NCBI GenBank assembly: GCA_963707025.1
Contig: CAVPOM010000007.1
Location: 352,001 to 416,000, forward strand
Reading direction: 5' to 3'
DNA from: an uncultured Verrucomicrobiae bacterium
GTDB lineage: Bacteria > Verrucomicrobiota > Verrucomicrobiia > Limisphaerales > Palsa-1400
DNA: 64,000 nt
Under the pieces are notes generated by a model, which did not search any database, was not told the origin of the DNA, and was given only the letters and a program-made list of their open reading frames with translations. The position numbers and the translations under genes are program-made. Position 1 is the stretch's first letter, and each line of letters opens with the position of its first letter. Positions 1-9,475 of this stretch are shown here, one piece after another.

Positions 1-42
1 AACCAGAACCAAGGCGGTCAAAATCAGGTGGAGACGTTTCAT
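1..42 (-). CDS. 5' end of a secreted protein running off the window (MKRLHLILTALVLV...)
   Basis: ATG at 42 on the minus strand followed by a basic then hydrophobic signal-peptide-like stretch. Confidence 0.5.
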   Translation of the reverse strand, partial: MKRLHLILTALVLV

Positions 43-234
43 GCTTTTTGGATTCTCAGCGCCCCGAAATTAGGACCCTGCGGCGGGCTTGTCAAGGAAG
101 GCCGGCGGGCGAGGCCACGAAGCAAATTAAGATTATGATTAAGATCAGGGGCAGATGCCCAAAAAAGTGAAAAGCGCCTCCCCGGCTCAAAATTAACCTT
201 TTCACCTCCCGCTCCCTCCCTTAGAGTGCCCCTC

Positions 235-2328
235 ATGCAAACCGATTCTGCAAAGGATATACGCAATTTTGCCATCGTCGGCCACGCCTCCTGCGGGAAA
301 ACCTTGTTGAGTGAAGCCATGCTCGCTTGCAGCGGCGTGATCGGCCGCATGGGCCGCATTGCCGACGGCTCCACCGTTTCCGACTACCACCCCAGCGAAA
401 AACAGCGCCAGATTTCCACCCAGGCCTCCCTCCTCCACACCACCTGGTTGGGGAAGAAGTTCAATCTGATTGACACCCCCGGCTACCTGGACTTCGTGGG
501 CGAGGCCCTCAGCGCCTTGCGCGCCGCCGACCTGGCCCTGGTCGCGATCCATGCGCGCGACGGCGTCGGCGTCGGCACCTCGCGGGTCTGGAACTACGCC
601 AGCGAACTGGGCATCCCCAAGATTATTGTGGTCAACGTCGTGGACAAACTCAACGGGCGCTTCGATGAAAGGCTGGCGGCCCTGCGCGAGCAGTACGGGG
701 CCGGGGTTTTTCCCTTGAACCTTCCCGTCAATCCCGGGGCCGGCTTCAACCAGGCCCTCGATGTCCTGCGCAGCGAGGTGGTCACCTATGACACCTCCGA
801 CGGGCGCGGCAAATTCCGCGAGGAGGCCGCCGAGGGGGCGTTGAAGGAGACGGTCACGCGGCTGCACCGCGAGTTGATCGAGCACATCGCCGAATCGGAT
901 GACGCCCTGCTCACCAAGTTTTTCGACCAGGGCGGTCTGACCGAGGAGGAGTTTCGCGCCGGCATTCACGACGCCGTGCTCAAGCAGCATTTCATTCCCC
1001 TGTTTTGCACGGCGGCGGAGACCAGGGTGGGCGTGGCCCGCCTGATGGATTTCATCGCCAAATACGCCCCTTCCCCCGTGGACCGCGACCGCCAGACCGG
1101 GCGGGACGCCAATGACGCGCCGGTCGAGGTGCGCCTGGCCGGGGACGCGCCGGTGGTCCACATTTTTAAAACCATGGCGGAGGAGCACTTTGGCGAGCTG
1201 TCTTTCTTCCGCGTTTACTCCGGCGCCGTCCGTTCCGGCATGGAACTGTTCAACGCCGACCGGAACACGACCGAACGCATCGGTCAAATCTACCTTCTCA
1301 ACGGACGCGAGCGCAAGGCGGTGGACGAGTTGCGCGGCGGCGATATTGGCGCGGTGGTGAAATTGAAGGACACGCACACCGGCAACACCCTCGGCTCGGC
1401 CGCGCGCCCGGTGCGCCTGCCCAAGGTGGAGTACCCGCGCCCCACCATCCATGCCTCCTTGATCTTCAGCGTCAAGGGCGAGGAAGACAAGGTCGCCGCC
1501 GGCCTGGCCGCCCTGCACGAGGAGGACCCCACCTTTGTCCACCGGGTTGATTCGGAACTGCATCAAACCATTATTTCCGCGCAAGGCGAACTGCATCTGG
1601 AGGTGGTGGTGGAGCGGCTGCGCCGCCGTTTCAATGTCCATGTCGAGCTGGGCGAGCCGCGCATTCCCTTCCGCGAAACCATCGCCGCCCCGGCCGATTC
1701 CCGTTACCGCCACAAAAAGCAAACCGGCGGCGCCGGCCAATTCGCCGAAGTCTGGATGAAAATCGAGCCGCTGCCCCGCGATTCCGGCGTTGATTTCACC
1801 GAATCCCTCACCGGCCAGAATGTGGACCGCGTCTTTGTCCCCTCCGTCGAGGAAGGCGTGCAGAACGCCTGCCGCGAAGGCATCCTGGCCGGCTACAAGG
1901 TGGTGGACGTCAGAATTGATTTCTACGACGGCAAAATGCACCCGGTGGACTCCAAGGACATCGCCTTCCAAATCGCCGGCTATTTTGCCTTCAAAGAGGC
2001 CTTTCTCAAAGCCCGCCCCTGCCTGCTCGAACCCATTCACCAGGTCGAGGTCCATATTCCGGAGGACTGCCTGGGCAAAGTCATGGGCGACATTTCCAGC
2101 CGGCGCGGCCGCATTCTGGGGGTGGACACCGACGGCCTGTTCCAGGTGATCAAGGCCCTGGTTCCGGCCCGCGAACTTTACCGCTACTCCAGCACCCTGC
2201 GTTCCCTCACCTCCGGCCGCGGCGTTCACTCCGAAGCCTTCGATCATTACGAGGAAATGCCCCGCGACATGGAACAAAAAGTGATCGAGGAGGCGAAAAA
2301 GCGCAAAGCCGAAACCCATGTCAAGTGA
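235..2328 (+). CDS. fusA: Elongation factor G paralogue (EF-G2-like)
   Basis: IRNFAIVGH..GKT P-loop, DTPG, KKQTGGAGQF, GELHL, LLEP motifs; divergent switch I (RQIST instead of RGIT); not in a ribosomal protein operon. Confidence 0.9.
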   Translation: MQTDSAKDIRNFAIVGHASCGKTLLSEAMLACSGVIGRMGRIADGSTVSDYHPSEKQRQISTQASLLHTTWLGKKFNLIDTPGYLDFVGEALSALRAADLALVAIHARDGVGVGTSRVWNYASELGIPKIIVVNVVDKLNGRFDERLAALREQYGAGVFPLNLPVNPGAGFNQALDVLRSEVVTYDTSDGRGKFREEAAEGALKETVTRLHRELIEHIAESDDALLTKFFDQGGLTEEEFRAGIHDAVLKQHFIPLFCTAAETRVGVARLMDFIAKYAPSPVDRDRQTGRDANDAPVEVRLAGDAPVVHIFKTMAEEHFGELSFFRVYSGAVRSGMELFNADRNTTERIGQIYLLNGRERKAVDELRGGDIGAVVKLKDTHTGNTLGSAARPVRLPKVEYPRPTIHASLIFSVKGEEDKVAAGLAALHEEDPTFVHRVDSELHQTIISAQGELHLEVVVERLRRRFNVHVELGEPRIPFRETIAAPADSRYRHKKQTGGAGQFAEVWMKIEPLPRDSGVDFTESLTGQNVDRVFVPSVEEGVQNACREGILAGYKVVDVRIDFYDGKMHPVDSKDIAFQIAGYFAFKEAFLKARPCLLEPIHQVEVHIPEDCLGKVMGDISSRRGRILGVDTDGLFQVIKALVPARELYRYSSTLRSLTSGRGVHSEAFDHYEEMPRDMEQKVIEEAKKRKAETHVK

Positions 2329-2488
2329 AATGCTTCCGCCGCGTCAGCGCCGGGCGCATCTTGACACTGTTGCTGGCGGAGTGCGGCCGTCCCCGGCCGC
2401 AGCAAGCCGGGGATTCTTTGGGTGCGCAGAAAGATCACCGGCGCCCCATGCTTCCCACGCTGCTGCGCCCGAGGACGGGGAATGGCGC

Positions 2489-2836
2489 TTAAATAAGACC
2501 TAAAACTTTCTTACCCAGCCTCTTACGACGCGGGGGATGCGGGATGGTTTCAAACAAGACCTGACGGCTCAAGCGTTGCATGGCTTTGATGGTGGCTTGC
2601 ACCTCCCGCCACTCGGCAATGGCGTCATGGAGCCACTCATATTGTTCTTTGGAGAGAGCGACACTGACCGTTTTGCCTTTGACCTTGCGGGTCCACTGAT
2701 AACAAGGGCCGCCTGCTCCGGGGCCGCGGTCTTGCACGTAGCCCTCGCTGATCCAGCCGGTTCTGGCCAGCCGGTCGCGTAATTGGGCGTATTGGGCCTG
2801 CCATTGGGCTGGCCGGGTTGTTTTGTGAGTCGGCAT
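2489..2836 (-). CDS. IS passenger protein, DUF6788-like
   Basis: GPCYQWTRKVKGKTVSVALS motif; lies inside the IS, divergent from the transposase. Confidence 0.65.
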   Translation of the reverse strand: MPTHKTTRPAQWQAQYAQLRDRLARTGWISEGYVQDRGPGAGGPCYQWTRKVKGKTVSVALSKEQYEWLHDAIAEWREVQATIKAMQRLSRQVLFETIPHPPRRKRLGKKVLGLI

Positions 2837-2885
2837 AAAGAAAAGAGTAGCAGACGTGTCAATAAGGCGGTATATATACCGCCTT

Positions 2886-4373
2886 ATGCCCGACACCCCC
2901 TTCTTCCCGGCCTGGCGGCCCCGTCTGGCGGCGGCGGGCCGCCGCTGTGCCCACAGCCTGGCGCGCCTCCGTCACGCCACCTTGAGTCAGATCGAGGACC
3001 GCCTGGCTCCCGCCTTGCCCACCGACCTCCTGCGAAAACCGGCCGCCGGCGACTACTCCCGCGAGCAGGTTTACACTCTGGTTCGCACCTGGTGGTGCTG
3101 GGTCTGGCCAGTCTTCCAAGCCAACACTTCCTGCCGCCACGTCGTCCTTCAGGTGCAGGCCCTGCTGGCCTTGGTCCAAGGCCCGGAACCGGAGCCGGAC
3201 AGCAGCGCCTATTGCCAGGCCCGCGCCAAACTCCCCCTGGCCTTGCTGGAGCAAGCCTTCGCGGCCAGCGCCGACAGCGCCGAAAAGCGCGCCCCGGCCA
3301 GTACGCTGCTACAGGGCCGCCCGTTGAAAGCGGTCGATGGCAGCGGCACCCACCTGCCCGACACCCCGGCCAATCGGGCGGCCTTTCCCCCCAGCCAAAG
3401 CCTGCAGCCCGGCGGCGGCTTTCCCCACCTGCGCGTGGTGGCTCTGTTCTCCGCCGCCAGCGGCGCCCTTTTGGCCAAAGCCACCGGCAGCCTGCGCTCC
3501 TCCGAACTGGCTCTGTTTCTCCACGGCTTGCGCTCGGCTTTGCACCCCGGCGACATCCTCTTGGGCGACCGCGCCTATGGGGTTTATATTATCGCCGCCG
3601 TCCTCCAACTCCTGGGCGTGGATTTGCTCGCGCGGGTCTCCGTGCGCAACCGCAAGGTGGATTTCCGCCAGGCCCGCCAACGCCTGGGTCACTGGGACGC
3701 GCTCTTTACCTGGTCCAAACCCGGCCGGCCTTCGCCCCTGCTTTCGTTCCTGGAATGGCTCGGACTGCCGCCGCAGATCACGGTGCGGGTGCTGCGCGCG
3801 CGCCTGAGCCGGGCCGGCTTCCGCACCCGCCACCTGACCCTGGTCACGACCCTGTTGGATGCGGCGCTTTTTCCAGCGGAGGAACTGGCGGCCGCTTATG
3901 CCCGGCGCTGGCGCATGGAACTGTGCCTGGACGATCTCAAAACCACCCTGGGCATGCAGAGCCTGCATTGCCTCTGTCCCCGCATGGTGGAGAAAGAACT
4001 CCTGCTCTTCCTCACCGCCCATAATTTCCTGCGCTGGATCATGGCCGAAGCCGCGCAAAGCCAGAACGTGGACTTGGATCGGATCAGTTTCAAAGGCAGC
4101 CTGGACGCCTTCCGGCAATGGACGCAGGCACTGGCACAACTCGGACACGCCCGGAACAAAGGGGGACGGCGCCGCCAATTATGGCAGCGGCTGCTCCGAA
4201 GGCTGGCGACCGATCTGGTGCCCAGGCGTCCGGGAAGAGCGGAGCCGCGCGCTGTCAAGAAACGATCCAAATACCCCCATTTGAACAAATCGCGGCATCA
4301 ATACCGCCAGCCCTGGAGCCGCAATAAACGCCGCCGTCTGGCCCGGGCCAAAAGAAAGGCTTCCCTTATTTAA
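2886..4373 (+). CDS. IS4-family DDE transposase
   Basis: SAYCQARAKLP, AVDGS, LGDRAY, Y-x2-RW-x2-E-x6-K signature, RPGRAEPRAVK tail. Confidence 0.92.
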   Translation: MPDTPFFPAWRPRLAAAGRRCAHSLARLRHATLSQIEDRLAPALPTDLLRKPAAGDYSREQVYTLVRTWWCWVWPVFQANTSCRHVVLQVQALLALVQGPEPEPDSSAYCQARAKLPLALLEQAFAASADSAEKRAPASTLLQGRPLKAVDGSGTHLPDTPANRAAFPPSQSLQPGGGFPHLRVVALFSAASGALLAKATGSLRSSELALFLHGLRSALHPGDILLGDRAYGVYIIAAVLQLLGVDLLARVSVRNRKVDFRQARQRLGHWDALFTWSKPGRPSPLLSFLEWLGLPPQITVRVLRARLSRAGFRTRHLTLVTTLLDAALFPAEELAAAYARRWRMELCLDDLKTTLGMQSLHCLCPRMVEKELLLFLTAHNFLRWIMAEAAQSQNVDLDRISFKGSLDAFRQWTQALAQLGHARNKGGRRRQLWQRLLRRLATDLVPRRPGRAEPRAVKKRSKYPHLNKSRHQYRQPWSRNKRRRLARAKRKASLI

Positions 4374-4458
4374 GCGCCATTCCCCGAGGACGGGCGCACT
4401 CCTGTAGCCTTCTTGCGCCTGACTTCGGTAGCAGTGTCAAGATGCGCCCGTCAGCGCC

Positions 4459-5832
4459 TTAACGATTCGGGGCGCGGTCAATGGTAACGCGGTTGGTGGA
4501 AATATCACCGGCGTTGGTCAGGATGTCGTCCAGGCGCACGCCGTGAAAGGAACAATCCTCCAGGCGCACGCCGGCAATGGTGGAGTTGGTCGTGCCGATG
4601 ACGGAGAGCACGCGCGGGCTGTTTGCCGCCGTGACGTTCTGCATCACCACGTTGCGCACGACCGGCGGGAACGGCCCGGAGTTGACCCGCGAATAAACCA
4701 GGTCAATGGTCAGCACCTGTTCCTTGACGCTGCCGACCTCGATGTTGCGCATGAAGACGTTGGCAATGACGCCCCCGCGCTGGGCGTTGGATTTCAGGCG
4801 CAAGACGCAGTTCAGGTTCGGGCTGTCCATCCGGCAGTTTTCGGCAAAAACATTGCTCACGCTCCCGGAAACTTCGCTGCCCACCACCACCCCGCCGTGC
4901 CCGTCCTTCATCACGCAGTCCCGCACCACGATGTTTTGCGAAGGGACATGCACGCGGCGGCCATCGGCGTTCTTGCCGGACTTGATGGCGATGCAGTCGT
5001 CGCCGGTGTCAAATGTGCAGTTTTCGATGAGCACGTCGCGGCAGCATTCGGGATCGCAGCCGTCGTTGTTGGGGCCGTGGCTGGAAATGGCGACCCCGCT
5101 CACGGTGATGTTGGTGGAGAGAACAGGATGGATTTCCCACATGGGAGAATTGGTAATGCGCACGTCCGCGATGAGCACATTGCGGCAGCGATAGGGCTGG
5201 ATGAAATTGGGCCGCAGTCCCCCGCCTTCGCCGAAGACGCGTTCCGCCACCGGCAGGCCGGCGTCGGCCTCGTCCATCAGTTTTTTGCTGCCGCCGCCCG
5301 CGCCCTGCGCCCGCAAGCCCCACCACGTCTGCGCGCCGGACCCGTCGAGAGTGCCCGCGCCGGTGACGGCGATGTTTTCCTGCCCGAAGGCATAAATGAG
5401 CGGCGAATAGTTCATGCACTCGGAGCCTTCAAACCGCGTGAAAACAACCGGCAGAAATTTCGCGCGGTCGGGGCTGAATCGCAGCGTGGCCCCCGCGGCG
5501 ATGTGCAGGTTCACGTTGCCCAGCAACTGCACCGCCCCCGTGAGAAAGGCGCCGCCGGCCACCACCACCCGCCCGCCGCCCGCCGTGTGGCAGGCGGCGA
5601 TGGCCTGGGCGATGGCGTCCGTGCAATCGGTCGCGCCGTCCCCCTTCGCCCCAAACCCGGTGATGGGGAAATCGCGCGCCGGGAATTGCGGCGGCTGAAT
5701 GCGGGCGAGAATGGCGGGAACGAAGTTCCACCCGGCCGCGCCGGCCGTGGCGCCGGGTTCCTTGGGCGCAGGATGCAGCGCGCACGAAGTAACGGCGACT
5801 GCCAACAATAAAATAACCGGATGATTCTTCAT
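4459..5832 (-). CDS. Glycoside hydrolase family 28 (polygalacturonase-like), lipoprotein-like signal
   Basis: NNDGCDP, GDDCIAIKSG, GHGGVVVGSE, RLKS motifs. Confidence 0.92.
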   Translation of the reverse strand: MKNHPVILLLAVAVTSCALHPAPKEPGATAGAAGWNFVPAILARIQPPQFPARDFPITGFGAKGDGATDCTDAIAQAIAACHTAGGGRVVVAGGAFLTGAVQLLGNVNLHIAAGATLRFSPDRAKFLPVVFTRFEGSECMNYSPLIYAFGQENIAVTGAGTLDGSGAQTWWGLRAQGAGGGSKKLMDEADAGLPVAERVFGEGGGLRPNFIQPYRCRNVLIADVRITNSPMWEIHPVLSTNITVSGVAISSHGPNNDGCDPECCRDVLIENCTFDTGDDCIAIKSGKNADGRRVHVPSQNIVVRDCVMKDGHGGVVVGSEVSGSVSNVFAENCRMDSPNLNCVLRLKSNAQRGGVIANVFMRNIEVGSVKEQVLTIDLVYSRVNSGPFPPVVRNVVMQNVTAANSPRVLSVIGTTNSTIAGVRLEDCSFHGVRLDDILTNAGDISTNRVTIDRAPNR

Positions 5833-5833
5833 T

Positions 5834-6058
5834 CTAGCGATGAAGCATAAACTCTTCGATTGTCATCCCTATGTCCCTGGCAATCTGGCGCAGCAGAAAT
5901 GGCGAAATATCCCGTCCCGAATGAAACGGCACGGTTGTGCCTCGTCCGTCCGGATGCCGGTATTGTTTATGGGAACCACGCTGCCGCACGACGCTGAAGC
6001 CAGGGTTTTCAAGAATGCGACCGACCTCCCGCGCTTTGAGAACCGGGATCGCGCCCAT
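5834..6058 (-). CDS. hicA: HicA-family toxin
   Basis: [22 protein letters not shown]. Confidence 0.9.
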   Translation of the reverse strand: MGAIPVLKAREVGRILENPGFSVVRQRGSHKQYRHPDGRGTTVPFHSGRDISPFLLRQIARDIGMTIEEFMLHR

Positions 6059-6060
6059 GG

Positions 6061-6270
6061 CTAAGGCACGGTGACGGTTTGTATGCCGAGAAACTCAGCC
6101 TCCAGCCGGGGTTCGCCATCCTCTGTCAACATCGCGATCACTTCCTTTAGATTCTGGTTCATCTCATCCAGCGTCGCGGCTTGCGAATGAGCGCCCGGGA
6201 AACCGGGAACGTAGCCTGCCAGAAGTCCAGTCTCAGGACATCGCTCGACGATGGCAGTGTATGTTTTCAT
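6061..6270 (-). CDS. hicB: HicB-family antitoxin (short, no DNA-binding domain)
   Basis: MKTYTAIVE...[16 protein letters not shown]; directly upstream of hicA. Confidence 0.85.
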   Translation of the reverse strand: MKTYTAIVERCPETGLLAGYVPGFPGAHSQAATLDEMNQNLKEVIAMLTEDGEPRLEAEFLGIQTVTVP

Positions 6271-6384
6271 ATCGCAATCATAGAGTATTCCCAACTTGTG
6301 GACTGTCAACCCCAGCGCTCTTCCGCGCGTCCATCACTCGGCTGGCACTGTGTTTATTGCAAACAAAAAAACTTGGCCGCGCGA

Positions 6385-9300
6385 TCAAAACTCCATCACC
6401 TTTTCCGCCGTGGTCACAAGTTGGACCGGCCCGAGCAGACCCGAAATCATCAAGGGCGTCCGGCGCGTCAGCTTGCGGATGTTGGTCTGTGTCACGCGCT
6501 GGGCGGCGGGCAGGAACTGGTCGCCGATGATGCGATTGGGCCAGAAGTTGGTCACGCGGACGACCAGCCTGTTTTTTCCGGGGCGGGCCGCGCCCGTCAG
6601 GTCCACCCGCCACGGCGGCTTCCACAAGATGCCCAGAGGATGGCCGTTGAGGACAATTTCGGCCAACTCATGAACCTCTCCCAGATCAAGCCAGAGATGA
6701 AGGCCGCTCCCCAACCGGGCCGAGTCAAGATCAATTTCCCGCGTATATTGGAGCGTGCCGGAAAAGTATTTGAGCTTGGGGTCGTCAAACTCCGTCCAGG
6801 ACTTCAACGACGGCAACGGCATGGCTTGGGTTACGGAACTGTCAAGTTCGTGCAGCGGCGCCTCCAGCGTCCAGCCGTCCGCCAGCGCGACGGGATCGGG
6901 CAAGGGCGCAACGATGACCCGGGCAACGCGTCCGAGTGAGTCGGTCAGTTCATAGCGGCCCGGCGCGCCGGTTTGCAGGACAGACTGGCCGCCACGCTCC
7001 GACACCTGCACCGCGCCGGAAAAATCCCGTGCCGAGCCGGTAACGAAAACCGGCTGGCCGTCCTTGCTGGCCCCGATCACCGACGCCCGGGCAGGCCCGC
7101 GAAAGAGGACGAAGGCGGAGCCGTAAGGTTCCAAGCGCAAGGGCACGGCCGTGCGTCCCTCCTTTTCCTCGCAGGCAACGCCGCGGCGGATTTCCCCGCT
7201 GTCCGGCAGCCACAATTCCGGGGCCTTGCCCGCCACCCGGAAGGTGCAGGTGACGTTTTCCCAGTGGTTGGTGGGGTTGGCCACAAAGTAAATCTCCGTC
7301 GCGCCATCGCGGCGATGGATGTAGTCCAGGACCACCCCCGGATTGGCGCCGCTGAACTCGAAGTCCGGACGGACGCCGTCGTCCAGCAGTACCTGGCGCG
7401 CGGCTTTTCCCCAGATGACACGGCCTTTGCCAAAGGAATGCCCGGTTTTGGCGGGGTCGTTGGCGCCGCCCCAAAGTTCCGCGGCCAGCGCGGCCACTTC
7501 CACGTCGCATTGGGGGAAATTTTCCAGGCCGGTGGCCGCGACCGGGCGCGGGCCGATGACGGTCGCGCCCCCGGCCACCAGGGTCTTGACCTTGCGCAGG
7601 ACTGGCAGGGCGATGCGATTGTCATCGGGCAGGACCAGGAGGCGGTAGCTCATGCCATCGGGCAGGACGATGCGCCCATCCCGCGCCGCCATGCGGTTGA
7701 GGAGGACTTCCTCGGTGGCAACGTCGTAGTCGAAACCGGGCAGGACCCTGGCGGTGTTGGCGCGTTTGAGCTGGGTGAAGTTGGGCACGCCATCGCCATA
7801 GTATTGACATGCGTCGGCGACAAAGAGGCCCTGCTGCATTAAAAACTGGCAGCAGTTGAGGTAGGAGACAAAGGGGCCGGAAACGGGCCACCAAGTGGTG
7901 TTGGGATTGATATGGGTGCCGGCGAAGTATTGCTGGCCGGGCAGGCCCATGGCGGCGGGGGAGCAGACAAAGGCATGCCAGACCAGCCGGTTCAAGCCTT
8001 CGCCCAGGGCGCGGTCAAAGGTCGGTTTGAGGTTGTCCCACAGCGTCTCCTGCCAGTGCAGCCCGATGTCGGTAAATCCTTCCCCCACCACCAGACGCCG
8101 CCCGTAGGTGTGCGCCGCGCTGGCGGGTTGCTTGATGAAAAACCGGTCGGTGTCCGCTATCCGATGGATGGGCGACCGCGCCCAGAACTCCGACATGGGC
8201 GCGTCGTCCAGGCCCAGGCATTGCAGCGAGTCCACCGGCACCGAGTGCGGGCCGCCGGACTCGGGGTGAATTTCCATGCCGTGCCGGTGGGCGCCCTCGC
8301 TGAAAAGCTTGAAATGATTGTCAATGGCCAGGTCCCCGATGGTGCGGCGGAAATCGTGCAGAAAGCGGTCGCTCACCCGCCTGCTGTCCACAATGTATCC
8401 CGCCAGCACCGGCAAAAAGGGCAGCAAATCGTAGCCGCGCCGGCGCTGGAATTCCGCCCGCAGGCTGGGCGTCCAGTTGAGCACTTCCACCTCCCAACTG
8501 TCGGTGTGCAGGTACTTCAGGGTCTTGCCCGCCAGCGGCCCGGCGTCGGCGATCAACGGTTCCACCGCCTGGGCCCAGTAGGAACGGAAAATGCCGCCAT
8601 CAATCGGATCCAGCGCGTAGCCCTGCCAGGTCTGGCTGCTGGTGGAAACGCGGCTGTGGTCGTTGAGCGTGTAACCCAGCCGCAGAATCTCCCAGTCGCC
8701 CGCCGGCGCGTCCCAGCGCAACACCCCGTCGCCGCCCAGCCCGGCCGTGATGTCAATAACTTTTTGCGAATGGGTGTCCTCCTCGCCCGCAATGTCCGGC
8801 CATTCCTGCAACAGCGGCGCGCAATCCGGGGTGGACCAGCCCAGGCCCTTGATCAGGGCCTTCTCGCTCCAGTTCTGGAGGGGCGGCCGCGGATGGGCCG
8901 CTGGGTCCACCGGAAAGGCCAGCACACAGACCTCGCGGTACAATTCGGGGGCGTGCTTCGGCAGGGCCAGCGAGTTGCTAAACGAGAGCGAGCCGTGGAC
9001 GCGGGTTTCCGACCAAGTGAGCTTCTTGGGCGCGTCTTCCGCCTTGATCATCGGCCCGCCCAGATTCCAGCCGCTCTGGATGTTCAGGCTCATCTCCAGG
9101 CCCAGCCGGCTGGCTTCCTGGAGGGTGAATTTAAAAAGCGCGCGCCATTCCGGGCTGAGGTAAGCGGGACCGGCCGGGACCTGGGCGTTGCCCTCCTGGT
9201 CCGCGCCGCCGGCGTCGGTGATGATGGCGCCGCCGAAACCCTTGGCTTTCATCTCTTCCAGATCGCGGGTGATGGCCGCCTTGGTGACATTGCCATTGAG

Positions 9301-9435
9301 CCACCACCAATAAGCCCTCGTGCGGGCCTCCGGCGGCGGATTGGCAAACCCGGCCGCCAGCGCGTCCTCCGCCCGCGCCCCCAAGCTGGTCGCCAGCAGA
9401 ATCACGAGCAAAAGCAGTGATATCCTTGGGATCAT
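6385..9435 (-). CDS. GH106 alpha-L-rhamnosidase-like glycoside hydrolase
   Basis: FANPP..RAYWWWLNGN, HTDSWE, C-terminal LDLGEV..W..P..N.W.NR..GD, SGLLGPV. Confidence 0.85.
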   Translation of the reverse strand: MIPRISLLLLVILLATSLGARAEDALAAGFANPPPEARTRAYWWWLNGNVTKAAITRDLEEMKAKGFGGAIITDAGGADQEGNAQVPAGPAYLSPEWRALFKFTLQEASRLGLEMSLNIQSGWNLGGPMIKAEDAPKKLTWSETRVHGSLSFSNSLALPKHAPELYREVCVLAFPVDPAAHPRPPLQNWSEKALIKGLGWSTPDCAPLLQEWPDIAGEEDTHSQKVIDITAGLGGDGVLRWDAPAGDWEILRLGYTLNDHSRVSTSSQTWQGYALDPIDGGIFRSYWAQAVEPLIADAGPLAGKTLKYLHTDSWEVEVLNWTPSLRAEFQRRRGYDLLPFLPVLAGYIVDSRRVSDRFLHDFRRTIGDLAIDNHFKLFSEGAHRHGMEIHPESGGPHSVPVDSLQCLGLDDAPMSEFWARSPIHRIADTDRFFIKQPASAAHTYGRRLVVGEGFTDIGLHWQETLWDNLKPTFDRALGEGLNRLVWHAFVCSPAAMGLPGQQYFAGTHINPNTTWWPVSGPFVSYLNCCQFLMQQGLFVADACQYYGDGVPNFTQLKRANTARVLPGFDYDVATEEVLLNRMAARDGRIVLPDGMSYRLLVLPDDNRIALPVLRKVKTLVAGGATVIGPRPVAATGLENFPQCDVEVAALAAELWGGANDPAKTGHSFGKGRVIWGKAARQVLLDDGVRPDFEFSGANPGVVLDYIHRRDGATEIYFVANPTNHWENVTCTFRVAGKAPELWLPDSGEIRRGVACEEKEGRTAVPLRLEPYGSAFVLFRGPARASVIGASKDGQPVFVTGSARDFSGAVQVSERGGQSVLQTGAPGRYELTDSLGRVARVIVAPLPDPVALADGWTLEAPLHELDSSVTQAMPLPSLKSWTEFDDPKLKYFSGTLQYTREIDLDSARLGSGLHLWLDLGEVHELAEIVLNGHPLGILWKPPWRVDLTGAARPGKNRLVVRVTNFWPNRIIGDQFLPAAQRVTQTNIRKLTRRTPLMISGLLGPVQLVTTAEKVMEF

Positions 9436-9475
9436 GGCGGGAGCCTGGTATTAGTTGAAGAGACCGGGCACATGG

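Larger units (their letters stand above)
2480..4382 (+). mobile_element. IS4-family insertion sequence
   Basis: TIR GAATGGCGCTTAAATAAG / CTTATTTAAGCGCCATTC; target duplication CCCGAGGACGGG (2468-2479, 4383-4394; exact length ambiguous because the target is palindromic). Confidence 0.9.
2352..4449. mobile_element. 183-bp MITE interrupted by an IS4 element
   Basis: Perfect 18-bp TIR GGGCGCATCTTGACACTG (2352-2369 / 4432-4449), 9-bp direct repeat GTCAGCGCC (2343-2351, 4450-4458); uninterrupted homologue at 14861-15043. Confidence 0.85.

Noticed and set aside
202..2319. 705-aa minus-strand ORF and similar long antisense ORFs (21134-22819, 43678-45693, 47070-49535, 37350-39638, 9455-10993)
   Set aside because: Shadow frames of high-GC genes with clear motifs on the opposite strand
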